A stretch of 64,000 bases of DNA from a virus: IMG/VR virus record IMGVR_UViG_3300045999_002371, positions 1-64,000 of that record; one strand, given 5' to 3'. The notes below the pieces were generated by a model. That model was not told the origin of the DNA. It was given only the letters and a program-made list of their open reading frames with translations, and did no database searches. Within the stretch, counting starts at the first letter, position 1. Each line of letters starts with the position of its first letter. Position numbers and translations under genes: made by a program. Shown one piece after another: positions 34,260 through 44,160 of this stretch.

Positions 34260-35191
34260 AAGTACGCCGCCTTGCCGTAGATCATGTCTCGTGCTGACTC
34301 GATGCTCTTATGTATGTCACTCTCAATCATGTCACCGACATCTTTTACATCGATGCCTGTGTAGTTAAAGTAAGAAAGTTCAATACCGTACTTACGAGCA
34401 TGAGCACGCATCTCTTCTGATGCCTTCTGTCCAGCGCCATCGTTATCGAATGCGGCGATCACCCTTGGTGCACGGCGCATTATCTTTACCTGCTCAACGC
34501 TAGGCATCGCTCCATACGTAGATATTGCACTGTAACCAAGTCCGACTAGTCTGACCGCATCGAGTGGGGACTCCACAACAAGTAGTGGCGCATCTTCTCT
34601 CAGTATCTGCACATTGAAAACTGTCTTTGACTTCTTAACTCCCTGCGGTTGATTGCGGAAGAAGCGACCACGAGCACCCTTCTCTTGCCAACCCCACAAT
34701 GAAAAGTCATCGGGGTCTCTGATAGGGAGTATCCATGCAGCGTTCTTCTCATCCCACAACACTCCGCAAGTCTCTACGGCTTCTTGTGTTAGGAATCGTT
34801 TCTTTAATTCAATTGCTGGTGGTGTTGTATACACAGCCAAACGAGCCTCTGACATTCCAATCGGATGTGCTTCGGCTTGAATGTACTCTGGCAATTCCTT
34901 GATGCGCCTCATCAGTATGTCGATAGGCATATCTTCTTTGTCGTTTACATACTCACGGGCTTCGTGGTAATCAATACCTTTGATGTCTGCAACTAGTGTG
35001 TAGATGTTGCCCTTGTAACCGCAAGAGAAACAGATGTGTGCACCAGTCTCGGAGTTGATCCACCAAGAAGGGTTGTGATCTTCTTTACCTGTGCGCTTCT
35101 TGTGCATTGGGCACAAGCCATTGACCTCGATACCACGCTGTGCATACAGCGGGAGGTCTAGGGAAAGGAGAACACGCTCTACATCAATCAC
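34256..35191 (-). CDS. dnaG: DNA primase (CHC2 zinc finger + TOPRIM); probable GTG start at 35191
   Basis: CPMH...HICFSCG; VVESPLD; FDNDGAG. Confidence 0.9.
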   Translation of the reverse strand: MIDVERVLLSLDLPLYAQRGIEVNGLCPMHKKRTGKEDHNPSWWINSETGAHICFSCGYKGNIYTLVADIKGIDYHEAREYVNDKEDMPIDILMRRIKELPEYIQAEAHPIGMSEARLAVYTTPPAIELKKRFLTQEAVETCGVLWDEKNAAWILPIRDPDDFSLWGWQEKGARGRFFRNQPQGVKKSKTVFNVQILREDAPLLVVESPLDAVRLVGLGYSAISTYGAMPSVEQVKIMRRAPRVIAAFDNDGAGQKASEEMRAHARKYGIELSYFNYTGIDVKDVGDMIESDIHKSIESARDMIYGKAAYL

Positions 35192-36438
35192 ATGCGGTTC
35201 CAGTTCGAACAGTAAACACACTTTAACATCTCGTCCTCATCATGGAAGCAGCCAGTCTCCCAGCGCCATGTCAACGCTGTCTCGCTAGGTCCACAGTTAC
35301 GAGATGCAACAATCTTTAACAAACGAATCTCTTCATCTTCTTCTACTGGTTCAAGACCAAGGATTACATCTGAGTCTTGAAAGAATGAAGATGAGTAACC
35401 GATTGAATCGGCAGTAACTTTTCCAGCACGCATCTTCCACAACAGAGTCTGTGTAGTAATGATTACTGGCTTCTGAATTCTCTGGGCTAGACGCTTCAAT
35501 CCACGAGTGATGTTAGTGATTGCTTGTGGCGTATTCATCTCACCACTTACTTCGTCAAGCATCAAGTACACACCATCTACAAACACGATGTCTGGCTTTG
35601 TCTGTTCGATCTTTGCAGCAAGTGATGAGACTGTAATTCCGTTAACCGCATCTACCAAGTGGAAAGAGTGCTCCTTCTCCATCTCATTGAGTGTGTCAAT
35701 GTATCGAGCCTCTTCTGCTGGCAATAACTTTCCACGACGCAAACGACCGTGTGAGATGTGGGCACGCATCGCATCATGACGTTGTTGTTGTTCGTGGTTG
35801 TTCATCTCAAAAGATTGGAACATAGGGATCTTCCCACCTCTGTGCACGTTGATCGCCATCTGTAATGCGATCTGTGACTTACCAGTTTTAGGTGGAGCGA
35901 TGATAGTGATTAACTGACCAGACTGCAGTCCTGCAGTTGCTTCATCAATCTTTGCAAAGCCTGTAGGAATACCTAAGAAGGTTGAGTTCTGTAGAGACTG
36001 ATACTCCTTATAACGTTCTTCTGTGTTCTTTGTAAGGTCGATTTCGTGAGTTCCAAGGACACCTTGCTCATTAACCTTAGTGATCGTCGCTTCCATAGCA
36101 AGAAGAGCAGCATCATGATCGTTGTCTTGTAGTTGCTCGATAGCATTCTCAAGACCTTGACGAGTAAGGAGTCGACGACGGAAGTCCACTATGGTGTCAA
36201 GTAAATACTCGATGTTGTCTTGTACATCTAAGACTTTGTAATTTGGGTAATGATCTTTAACTGTTACAGCAGTAGGTACTTCGCTGTACTCGCCATAATG
36301 CTTACGTACAAAATCCCAAACTCTCTTGTTGTCATCATCTAAGAACCATGCATTGGTAACACCACGTTGTAGTGCTGGAACAATGTCTCGATCTCGAATG
36401 ACCTTGCTGACCAAGCGATGCTCATTGTCAGATGCCAT
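35188..36438 (-). CDS. dnaB: DnaB-like replicative helicase
   Basis: GIPTGF..ID....GLQ.GQL, APPKTGKS, SFEM, VFVDG, QDSD. Confidence 0.92.
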   Translation of the reverse strand: MASDNEHRLVSKVIRDRDIVPALQRGVTNAWFLDDDNKRVWDFVRKHYGEYSEVPTAVTVKDHYPNYKVLDVQDNIEYLLDTIVDFRRRLLTRQGLENAIEQLQDNDHDAALLAMEATITKVNEQGVLGTHEIDLTKNTEERYKEYQSLQNSTFLGIPTGFAKIDEATAGLQSGQLITIIAPPKTGKSQIALQMAINVHRGGKIPMFQSFEMNNHEQQQRHDAMRAHISHGRLRRGKLLPAEEARYIDTLNEMEKEHSFHLVDAVNGITVSSLAAKIEQTKPDIVFVDGVYLMLDEVSGEMNTPQAITNITRGLKRLAQRIQKPVIITTQTLLWKMRAGKVTADSIGYSSSFFQDSDVILGLEPVEEDEEIRLLKIVASRNCGPSETALTWRWETGCFHDEDEMLKCVYCSNWNRM

Positions 36439-36455
36439 TTAGTGCCCCCTCTTAC

Positions 36456-37019
36456 TTATTTTTCAAACGTCAAGTTTATTACACATCTATACAGGCTCTC
36501 TACAGGTGAGGAAGAGGCATGGTACTGAAGCCCATCAAATAGTATCCCAGTTCCCATTTTGGGAGAAATCCGTAACGCCTCATTCAAATCATCAACCTTA
36601 GGGATGACACCTTGCTGCCAAAACTTATCGAAGAAGACAGTATCACCATCTGAGTCATTAACGTAGTACAGAAAAACTAAGTGAGGAGCATCTCTGTCTA
36701 TGTGAGGTAGGTGATGCTCGGAACTTAGTTGTCTAGTTAAGATGTTACTTTTTAAACGATAAAGTTCTTTGTTTTTTGCGTCTACACCGTGCTTATCAAA
36801 AAACTTTCCAGCAATACCCATTGTTTTTTTGAACATCGGATCTGATGGGGTAATGCTAGAAACAAACTGAAAACTATCAAACGAGGAGGGCAAGGCACCT
36901 CCGTCATTTCGAACAGTTGTAGTTGTTGGCATAAAAGACCAAGAAGATAGGGACAGTAAACTTTCTCTAAACTCTTCTTGTTCTTGGGTACTAATGAAGT
37001 CATTGTCAACGATAAACAT
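36456..37019 (-). CDS. 2OG-Fe(II) oxygenase
   Basis: PHID...LYYVNDSDGDT...P..G..ILFDG..YHAS...R.VIN. Confidence 0.88.
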   Translation of the reverse strand: MFIVDNDFISTQEQEEFRESLLSLSSWSFMPTTTTVRNDGGALPSSFDSFQFVSSITPSDPMFKKTMGIAGKFFDKHGVDAKNKELYRLKSNILTRQLSSEHHLPHIDRDAPHLVFLYYVNDSDGDTVFFDKFWQQGVIPKVDDLNEALRISPKMGTGILFDGLQYHASSSPVESLYRCVINLTFEK

Positions 37020-37033
37020 CTGTGTTCACCCCC

Positions 37034-37450
37034 CTATAGATTCTTTAACTCTATACCTGCTGATCCATACCGTGCAACTCTTCCTGGAACGTCAATGACT
37101 CCACGCAAATTTGGACGGTAAGGAATTCCTGCAACTAACTCATCTGGGTTCTCGTAGAGTTGCCAGTAGTTAAATGGATTTACAACACGTTTTTCTAACT
37201 TGTCGAATGCCTTCTCAAGCAACTCCTCAGTCCAGCCCTGGTCTTCATAACCAGCCAACTCAAGAGAGATGCCGTAGTTGTTTGCAAGGTTCCACAACTT
37301 GTTGGCGTTCTGTAGGTCGACGTTACCAATCTTGTAATCAATCTTCTTTGACAAAAGTTTTCTGGTCTCTTCTTCAACCAACGTAATGACTACGTCAGTA
37401 AGGCACACAACCTGTGGAGAGGAGACATTTGAAATGTCTCCGCCTTTCAT
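37034..37450 (-). CDS. Hypothetical protein (MKGGDISN; possible degenerate HAD fold)
   Basis: ORF track. Confidence 0.7.
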   Translation of the reverse strand: MKGGDISNVSSPQVVCLTDVVITLVEEETRKLLSKKIDYKIGNVDLQNANKLWNLANNYGISLELAGYEDQGWTEELLEKAFDKLEKRVVNPFNYWQLYENPDELVAGIPYRPNLRGVIDVPGRVARYGSAGIELKNL

Positions 37451-37755
37451 ATGACCTCTACTTTAGCGTACTTGACCACGAAGTCACGAAACTTCTTCGG
37501 GTCATCGCTTGCCTCTACCGCTAAGTCCTCAGAAATCTCTGTAGGAACAAGAATTGAGTAGTGACCTTTGTTGTACCGCATCTTGTTCTGAACAAATAAC
37601 ACATGCTTACATGAGGCTGTCTTACGCCATACAGGACAGTTGCATCGTGTCTTCTTTGATTCAGTATCGACTTCAACTTCAAAAATGCCAGCAGCCTGAG
37701 CAGAAATAAACACTTGAACGGTTCTCCATGGAGTTTCCATGCTCATACCTCTCAT
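37447..37755 (-). CDS. SWIM zinc-finger protein
   Basis: CNCP......CKH. Confidence 0.8.
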   Translation of the reverse strand: MRGMSMETPWRTVQVFISAQAAGIFEVEVDTESKKTRCNCPVWRKTASCKHVLFVQNKMRYNKGHYSILVPTEISEDLAVEASDDPKKFRDFVVKYAKVEVI

Positions 37756-38474
37756 TGTGCTGCTCGCAGGTCAGAACCAATGATAGGGACTCGGATAAAT
37801 GCTTCGTGTGCGAAACTTGCCATCGCTTCCTTGTACTCCGTTTCCCAATCTTCTAGTCTAACATTTGTAGTTACGATTGTGGGCAGAGCCTTGTCGTATC
37901 TTAGTCTAAGGATCTCATCAAATGAACTGTCATCATACTTAGACCCGTACTCTTTACCGAGATCATCGATCACAAGTATGCGAACATTAAGCCAGTCAAA
38001 CTTCGAGCGTCCGTGAAAGCCGTCAAGTTCATAAACCATATTGCGCTTATCATCGTGATCCGCATCGAAGGTTGACTTTTTTCTGGACAAAAATTCTGGG
38101 TAGGTCATGTAGTAGATCGGCCTAGCGCTTAACCCGTAATCAGATGCGGTGAGTCCCAAGATCTTTGCAGCCTCTACGTCATCTTCTGGAAGTCTGCGAA
38201 TAAACTCCATAGCCGCAACTACTGCGTGAGTCGTCTTACCAATTCCTGGACCGCCATCAAACAAGAGACCAACACCATTGATACCGATGTTGCCGATCTG
38301 CTTGATGACCTGACCACCGATCGCATCATCAATCCACGTTGCTACCTCGCTAGGAAACTCTCCAGCCCTATCGATGATGTCTTGTTGCTCAAGACCTAGG
38401 AAGCGACGTGGGATGTTAGAGGTTCTAAGAAGCCAGTGTTTCTTTAGTGCTGATAACTGATTGATGTCGTACAT
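37752..38474 (-). CDS. DnaC/IstB-like AAA+ helicase loader
   Basis: IPRRF, GGPGIGKT, LVIDDLGKE, R......PTIVTTN. Confidence 0.88.
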   Translation of the reverse strand: MYDINQLSALKKHWLLRTSNIPRRFLGLEQQDIIDRAGEFPSEVATWIDDAIGGQVIKQIGNIGINGVGLLFDGGPGIGKTTHAVVAAMEFIRRLPEDDVEAAKILGLTASDYGLSARPIYYMTYPEFLSRKKSTFDADHDDKRNMVYELDGFHGRSKFDWLNVRILVIDDLGKEYGSKYDDSSFDEILRLRYDKALPTIVTTNVRLEDWETEYKEAMASFAHEAFIRVPIIGSDLRAAQ

Positions 38475-38676
38475 ACCGCCCCCATTTAATCTTGTCCCAA
38501 ATTCGTTCGTGCCAGTAGTAAATACCTACCTTAACAACTGTTTCCCAAAAAGCAATTAATGCTGAAAGAGTTCCTTCTCCAGTAATAACAAAAACCACAG
38601 CAAATGAGGAGAGTGTCCCAAAGACTCTGTAACTAATAGACTTGGTAAGAGACCTAGCCTTCGTTACCTTCATCAT
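38425..38676 (-). CDS. DUF2061-like membrane protein
   Basis: RSL.KSISYR..GT....YYWHERIW.KI.WG. Confidence 0.8.
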   Translation of the reverse strand: MMKVTKARSLTKSISYRVFGTLSSFAVVFVITGEGTLSALIAFWETVVKVGIYYWHERIWDKIKWGRYVRHQSVISTKETLAS

Positions 38677-38761
38677 GTCCTCCCCATTTTTTATCAACAA
38701 AATAAACCATCACATAAGCAATTACAAGAGAGGCAATAATAGCAAGTACTTCCTCTGACAT

Positions 38762-39523
38762 TTAAATTCCCATTTCTTTTCGTTTTTGTGTTGCAGAAAT
38801 AGCCTGAATCTCTTGAGAAAGTTCAACTTGCTCAATCTTGTACCCAACATCTCGTCCGTAGACGATGTTCGTTATGTTTGGGAATCTTAGGACCATAGCG
38901 TTTTTCATTGCTAGGTCTTTGTCAATGTAGGACTTTACTTGATCAAAAGTTAATGGATCCTTCTCACTGGTTCCGTAGGTGTTACGAACACCGAGAACTA
39001 CTTGATCGGTTCTCTTTCCAGCCTCATTGTAGAGGGCGTGGTGTCCTTCATGCCACGGTTGATAGCGACCAAGCATAAGTGTTGTAGGAGCAGACCAGTC
39101 GTGCAAACCAAAATGCTTTATGATTTGTGTAGCCTTTTGAGCCTGGTTTAATTCGTGGTCGTTATAGATTACGTCAAAGTTAACTGGCTTTTCAAACATC
39201 TTGTTGGTGTCTTCAAACCTACTCTCTTGAATGGTGTTCATCCAAATAAGAATGTCTGGCTTACCAAATGCTGCACGAGTTAGGTCGGTTGGACATACAA
39301 AATCCACAATAACTGGAGCAACACCTTGTTTAGAAATGAGTCTTGCCATCTCACCCATACGACGTGCTTGCTCAATACGGTCGTCAACGGTAAACCCTAG
39401 ATCAGAGTTTACTGTTGCACGTACCTCATCTGCATTCAGGTGAATAGCATTAATTCTTTCCTTTAGTGTTTTTGCTAATTCAGTTTTACCTGATCCAGGC
39501 AATCCAATTATTTGAATTATCAC
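38762..39523 (-). CDS. Adenylylsulfate (APS) kinase-like domain fused to an HxGH nucleotidyltransferase domain
   Basis: GLPGSGKT, NADEVR...DLGF...DR....RR; GRYQPWHEGH. Confidence 0.82.
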   Translation of the reverse strand: MIIQIIGLPGSGKTELAKTLKERINAIHLNADEVRATVNSDLGFTVDDRIEQARRMGEMARLISKQGVAPVIVDFVCPTDLTRAAFGKPDILIWMNTIQESRFEDTNKMFEKPVNFDVIYNDHELNQAQKATQIIKHFGLHDWSAPTTLMLGRYQPWHEGHHALYNEAGKRTDQVVLGVRNTYGTSEKDPLTFDQVKSYIDKDLAMKNAMVLRFPNITNIVYGRDVGYKIEQVELSQEIQAISATQKRKEMGI

Positions 39524-39526
39524 TTG

Positions 39527-39835
39527 TTAGATAGCAACCTTGTACTCAAGCGCACCAGTAAATGCTGTTGGCTTTCCTTTTGCATCGACTGCTCCAGTCG
39601 CAACCATCTTCACAGACTTACGAGGTGTGTGCTTCTGCACTTGTTCTTTAACCCAACGCTTTGCAGCAGACGCATTCTTCCATGCGGTGTACTCACTAAT
39701 TCCTTCTGCGGGTTGCATAGAGTTCACTGACTCACCAGCCTCACGTTGTGCGCTGACAATAGCCAGCCAACCGCCAGCCTTCTCAGGATTGAGTGTGATT
39801 GTTGCTACAAATGTTGCTTTGACTCTCTTAGCCAT
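39527..39835 (-). CDS. Hypothetical basic protein
   Basis: AGGAG RBS. Confidence 0.7.
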   Translation of the reverse strand: MAKRVKATFVATITLNPEKAGGWLAIVSAQREAGESVNSMQPAEGISEYTAWKNASAAKRWVKEQVQKHTPRKSVKMVATGAVDAKGKPTAFTGALEYKVAI

Positions 39836-39964
39836 TCTTATTCTCCTCTAGTAGTTTTCTTATTTGTTTTTGTAAAAAGATGTTCTCTCTCCAAAACAAA
39901 CCCATCACAGTTACTGAACCAGCAAGTGCAATAATGATTGCAATCATTGTCCCTGTATCTAAAA

Positions 39965-40942
39965 TCATTTATCTGCTCCTAATCTTTTTTCGTATCGCTC
40001 TAACTGTGCACGACCAGACAACGAGTTCTGGAAGACCTTGCCATCGCTGGCGGTTAGGGTTGAGACCTTAACAGAGGTATCGACCTTAGCATTTACTTTG
40101 TTAAGCCCCAAATTCTCACGGGCTTGGTTCATCTTCTTGCCAAATGATGCAAGGTACAACTTGTAGAGGTGGGGTGCCTCATCCCCAATGTTCTGGAAGT
40201 TGCGCTCATCTGCCATAAACAGTTTGAGCAACTCCAACTCGATTAGGGGAGTGGTCTGGTATTGCTTGCGGAACTTACTGAGTGCTCCCGACAACTGACG
40301 CACGTTGACTGTCCCTGGCAGGAGCGGGTAGCGTTTACCAACTCGATATGAGAATTCAGCAGCGACGTCCATGGGAGTCCACTCATGCTCAGGTCGCTTG
40401 CCTCTGGTCTTTGGGTCTGACTTGCGGATCTTCGGCTGAACAGCATCCCGCTCCTCAACAAGGCCGAAGCCTGCAAGATTGTCTGAATCATCTTCCCATT
40501 TTCTCATAGGCACTCGTATCTCTTTCATTGAAACACCTTCGGTGTTTCTAATATCTTTTAATTGATTACTATCTTTGCTATTAGGTACTAATGACTTATT
40601 AGTAATATGGCTACGTGACTTATAGTCATGTGAGGTGTGGACATTTGCGTCCCCTAAGTTAGGGAACTCTAGCGTCCCGTTTGGGCTTGTAATGTCCAGT
40701 AAGTCTATCCCACGGTATCCGTTGGCTCTCTTGGTTCGAGTTCGCTTGATGAAGCCAGCCTCTTCCAAGGCGATAAGGCCTCTACGGACGGTCTTCTCAT
40801 GGACATTGCCAGTCTCTATACCAAGTTGGGCTGCTGAGGCCTTTAAACGGCCTTCAGAGCCCGCTAAATGGCATATGGTGGCCAACAGTCGGAACTGATA
40901 ATCGGTTAGGTTGGCGCTATAAGCCTCGTGTGGGATTCTCAC
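39965..40942 (-). CDS. Replication initiator-like protein with N-terminal winged HTH
   Basis: L...QFRLL..I...TVRRGL..LEEAGFI.R; upstream of the DnaC-like/DnaB genes. Confidence 0.7.
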   Translation of the reverse strand: MRIPHEAYSANLTDYQFRLLATICHLAGSEGRLKASAAQLGIETGNVHEKTVRRGLIALEEAGFIKRTRTKRANGYRGIDLLDITSPNGTLEFPNLGDANVHTSHDYKSRSHITNKSLVPNSKDSNQLKDIRNTEGVSMKEIRVPMRKWEDDSDNLAGFGLVEERDAVQPKIRKSDPKTRGKRPEHEWTPMDVAAEFSYRVGKRYPLLPGTVNVRQLSGALSKFRKQYQTTPLIELELLKLFMADERNFQNIGDEAPHLYKLYLASFGKKMNQARENLGLNKVNAKVDTSVKVSTLTASDGKVFQNSLSGRAQLERYEKRLGADK

Positions 40943-41523
40943 GGCGTGTCGTCACCAAATGGGTTAATGTCCTTGGAGTTCAACTCTTCCTCCAGCCGTG
41001 CCGTGATGGTGTCCATCAAGGTGTCTAGGACTGAGGATGCGATGTAGGCAGAGAATACTTCGATGAAAGAGGTAAGGCTCTCCTGCATGGCATCGAAGAG
41101 TTCCTCTGTGGTGTCCTCCGTGTAGTCCATCTCGATGGGATTAAGTGTTCCCTTGATGTTCCACATCTCAAGGCCAAAATCCTCCAGCGAGTGAATGACC
41201 ATGTGAGCCTCATCTGAGTCATCCCATGCAATAGCAAGGATGTCATCTGGGGTGATCAGGTTAAGGAGTTCCTTGATTGGATTGGCGCAGATGGTTATCT
41301 GTTCTGAGTCATCCTCTAACCCATCGATAGTAGTCTCTACATCTACATAGAGTTTAAAGTCTGCGCCTTGTTCTTTGACAGCATTGATCGCAGTCTCTGT
41401 GAATACGCCTCTAGTGATTACTGGAATAAGAACTTCACTCACATCTTCTTTGCCGAGTAATTCTACAAGCGGGTAATACACATCAGCGCTTGGATCAAAA
41501 GTTAATAAGATCATCCGTTTCAT
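40939..41523 (-). CDS. Acidic hypothetical protein
   Basis: ORF track. Confidence 0.7.
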   Translation of the reverse strand: MKRMILLTFDPSADVYYPLVELLGKEDVSEVLIPVITRGVFTETAINAVKEQGADFKLYVDVETTIDGLEDDSEQITICANPIKELLNLITPDDILAIAWDDSDEAHMVIHSLEDFGLEMWNIKGTLNPIEMDYTEDTTEELFDAMQESLTSFIEVFSAYIASSVLDTLMDTITARLEEELNSKDINPFGDDTP

Positions 41524-41532
41524 GTTGTGCCC

Positions 41533-41802
41533 CTATAGTCGTGGTAATCGTTGTTGTACAACCCTTGGTTTATTTAGAAATTTGCTAAGTAGAAGTGCAA
41601 CTGTAGCAATAGCAGGTACAGCAATTATGAACTGCGTGTTTAATGGGGCTTGAGAGATCAAGGCGCCAAAACTTAACGGCAATGTTAAGAACTTGTTGAG
41701 TACAGGAACACCGAAGAAACCTGCTGTAACAAGTTCTATAAACTCAATTACGTAAGTAACTGCGACTCCAGCAATCAGTATCGTGATAAGTAGGTCAACC
41801 AT
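41533..41802 (-). CDS. Small multi-pass membrane protein (holin-like?)
   Basis: Two to three hydrophobic segments, basic C-terminus; TAGGCT -10-like hexamer 7 nt upstream. Confidence 0.55.
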   Translation of the reverse strand: MVDLLITILIAGVAVTYVIEFIELVTAGFFGVPVLNKFLTLPLSFGALISQAPLNTQFIIAVPAIATVALLLSKFLNKPRVVQQRLPRL

Positions 41803-41812
41803 GACCTGGAGC

Positions 41813-43753
41813 CTACACCGTCAGGTTGGTATATTCCACTCCATCATAAGTAGAGAGTCGCCAAAATGAGTTGGGAGGAACCCAGTTATTAAGGGTCTTT
41901 CCCAACCTAGGGATCTTTAGAGGCTTGTTGGGGTAGGCATGTGTGAAAGAGGAGTTGTCTGTGCCTTCCCATACCGCCCCGTATTCTGAGGGAAGTGATC
42001 CATCAAAGTACTCTGTCGCAATTTGAGACTGCTCGAACTGTACTAAGTCTACGTAGTACGTGCCAGAGTCATTGAAGAGAATCTTCACTTTTGCATAAGA
42101 CACTATCGATCCTGAGTCAGTCAATGCTGTCATACTCACTCTGCTGAATGAATCAGTGATTGCAAACTCAGACTCAAACTCCTCAAGAAGGTTGTCCTCT
42201 TCGTCAAAGAATGCAATTAAACCAGTGACAGCAACGGAGTCATCAGAAGACACGTAGAAAGATAGGGTGTAGTACTTACCAGCAGTTGCTGGGATATTGT
42301 AATCCGTCTCTATGCTACCTGTTGTAGCCACCACAAACTTACCGCTGTAATTCCCAGAGTAACCATCAGATGGAACTGCGGCATCTTGAGTAAAGTTGGC
42401 TCCCGTTAAGGTCCAGTCAGAATCATCTACTTCAAAGGATGGGTTCTTTATGTAATTAATTTTTGCAGAGTCAAGGAATACTGAGATTGCTCGTGCTTCG
42501 TCATACTCTACTGTGTCACCTAACTGCACGCACACTTGGTCTACGTAATAAGTTCCTGCAGCGCTATACGCGATTTGAAGACTTGCATATGATGCATCTG
42601 CTGGGGTTGTAAATACTTTTGATGAACTCTTCCAAGTGTTGTTTGCAGCAACTGCTGTTGCAGATTGAGTGGTGCCAGTAATAGAGCCATTCTTATCGTA
42701 GAACTTGATAGAGAGCGTTATGTTTCCAGCACTAGATGGAGACTTTAACTTACAAGATACAACGTACTCTGTGTCTGGAAGAATCGGTACTCCTCGTGTG
42801 ATGGGAGTGGAATTCCCCAGTTGCATAGCACCAGAGCCTGAAGCAACAATCTTGCCTGTGTATTGGTTATCAATAACATTTGTTCCAGTGGCTGGTACTT
42901 GCTCCGTGCTAGAGGTTAGTGTCGCGTTGGTTGCAGTCCAGTTTCCGATTGACTCGTAGAATGTAGAGTCTTGAACTGATAGTAAAAGATTTGTTGACAA
43001 AGTAGTTGTTGGAGCAAACCCAGTCAAAGACTCTGCATAAGCATCGATACCTGTTTGCAATCCTTTGTGAGAGTACATAAATAGTGCTTCACGAATAAGT
43101 CTTTTTTGATTTTTTACTGGGATGGAGGGTTCGGGTGTTAATCCCAAACTAAGTGAGTTCTGACCTAAAGTTGAAAAGGCAATTCCTTCTGAAGAATGTT
43201 GTGGTCTTAACACATCTAGTTGTGTTAAAAACTGTTCATGAGTAAATGATATTCCACCCATAAACTTGTACAGAGCAGAGGTCTCGTCTGTAACTCCTAA
43301 GGGGCTTTGGATTTCGCTGGTAAATACTTTAGGGATTATGTCCATAACCCTCTTGTGAACACCGTGATTAAATGGGATTAAGTCAGTTATTCTTCCAGCG
43401 TTAACCCAAATTTTTTGGTCTGTGAATAGAAAAACTCCGTAATAGATTTGACGACCAGAAACGATAGGTGTTTGTTCTGGGTTTTCTTCGCCGTCTAGAA
43501 AAGATAGCCTTGTAACATTTCCTTCGGTTGCATCTTCTTCCCAAACTAACACACCGTCTTCTGAAGTTTCTGGGAATCCAAATTGATTTCTTACAAGTTT
43601 AATTTTTGTAAATGCGCCTGTAGGGGATTGCCACGTAACTTCTGTTTTTGCGAAGTCAATCACAGTCAAAGACATAGGCTCAACTGAGTAAGCCAGTTTT
43701 GGACTTACACCATAGTTGGCGCTTCCGTAAACAAAATTACCGTATTTAGCCAC
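41813..43753 (-). CDS. Baseplate/tail protein with carbohydrate-binding-module-like domains
   Basis: P2 gpI-like LIREA...Y..KG motif; NPSFE / YYVD CBM-like repeats; YFDG. Confidence 0.75.
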   Translation of the reverse strand: MAKYGNFVYGSANYGVSPKLAYSVEPMSLTVIDFAKTEVTWQSPTGAFTKIKLVRNQFGFPETSEDGVLVWEEDATEGNVTRLSFLDGEENPEQTPIVSGRQIYYGVFLFTDQKIWVNAGRITDLIPFNHGVHKRVMDIIPKVFTSEIQSPLGVTDETSALYKFMGGISFTHEQFLTQLDVLRPQHSSEGIAFSTLGQNSLSLGLTPEPSIPVKNQKRLIREALFMYSHKGLQTGIDAYAESLTGFAPTTTLSTNLLLSVQDSTFYESIGNWTATNATLTSSTEQVPATGTNVIDNQYTGKIVASGSGAMQLGNSTPITRGVPILPDTEYVVSCKLKSPSSAGNITLSIKFYDKNGSITGTTQSATAVAANNTWKSSSKVFTTPADASYASLQIAYSAAGTYYVDQVCVQLGDTVEYDEARAISVFLDSAKINYIKNPSFEVDDSDWTLTGANFTQDAAVPSDGYSGNYSGKFVVATTGSIETDYNIPATAGKYYTLSFYVSSDDSVAVTGLIAFFDEEDNLLEEFESEFAITDSFSRVSMTALTDSGSIVSYAKVKILFNDSGTYYVDLVQFEQSQIATEYFDGSLPSEYGAVWEGTDNSSFTHAYPNKPLKIPRLGKTLNNWVPPNSFWRLSTYDGVEYTNLTV

Positions 43754-43766
43754 AGACTATTGCTCC

Positions 43767-44159
43767 TTAAGGACTGACTATGTCGCCGTAAACAACCCAA
43801 GAATCAGCATCTATCTTCATCAGAGTTGCTACTGAGTATTGTCCATTCAAAGCAACTGTACCAGTTGCGACTGATGAGTTGAGGTCTGCTACGTCCTCTG
43901 TAGTAATTGACACTTCTCCAGTTCCGTTTTGAACTACAACAAAGGTCTGACCAATACTGAACTCGTAAGTTGAGTCGTCAGGAATTGTAAGACTTACAGA
44001 AGAACTGCTCGAAAACACAATTGCTTTACCAGTGTCATTTACACCAAGGGTGTAGGAAGTCGAGGAACTGTCAACAACTCCACGTTGGTGTGATTGAGGT
44101 ACAGCAGAGGCAACTGGAACCCATTCGGATCCAGACCACACATACGATGATTTTGCCAT
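43767..44159 (-). CDS. Tail fibre-associated structural protein
   Basis: SYTL...D.G...Q.GTG.V...GQYS.ATL.K...D.W...GD pattern. Confidence 0.7.
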   Translation of the reverse strand: MAKSSYVWSGSEWVPVASAVPQSHQRGVVDSSSTSYTLGVNDTGKAIVFSSSSSVSLTIPDDSTYEFSIGQTFVVVQNGTGEVSITTEDVADLNSSVATGTVALNGQYSVATLMKIDADSWVVYGDIVSP

Positions 44160-44160
44160 T

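Noticed and set aside
12708-36438. Introns or inteins in NrdJ, PolA, RecA, DnaB or SNF2
   Set aside because: All ORFs are uninterrupted and of normal length, with no intein splice-junction motifs noticed.
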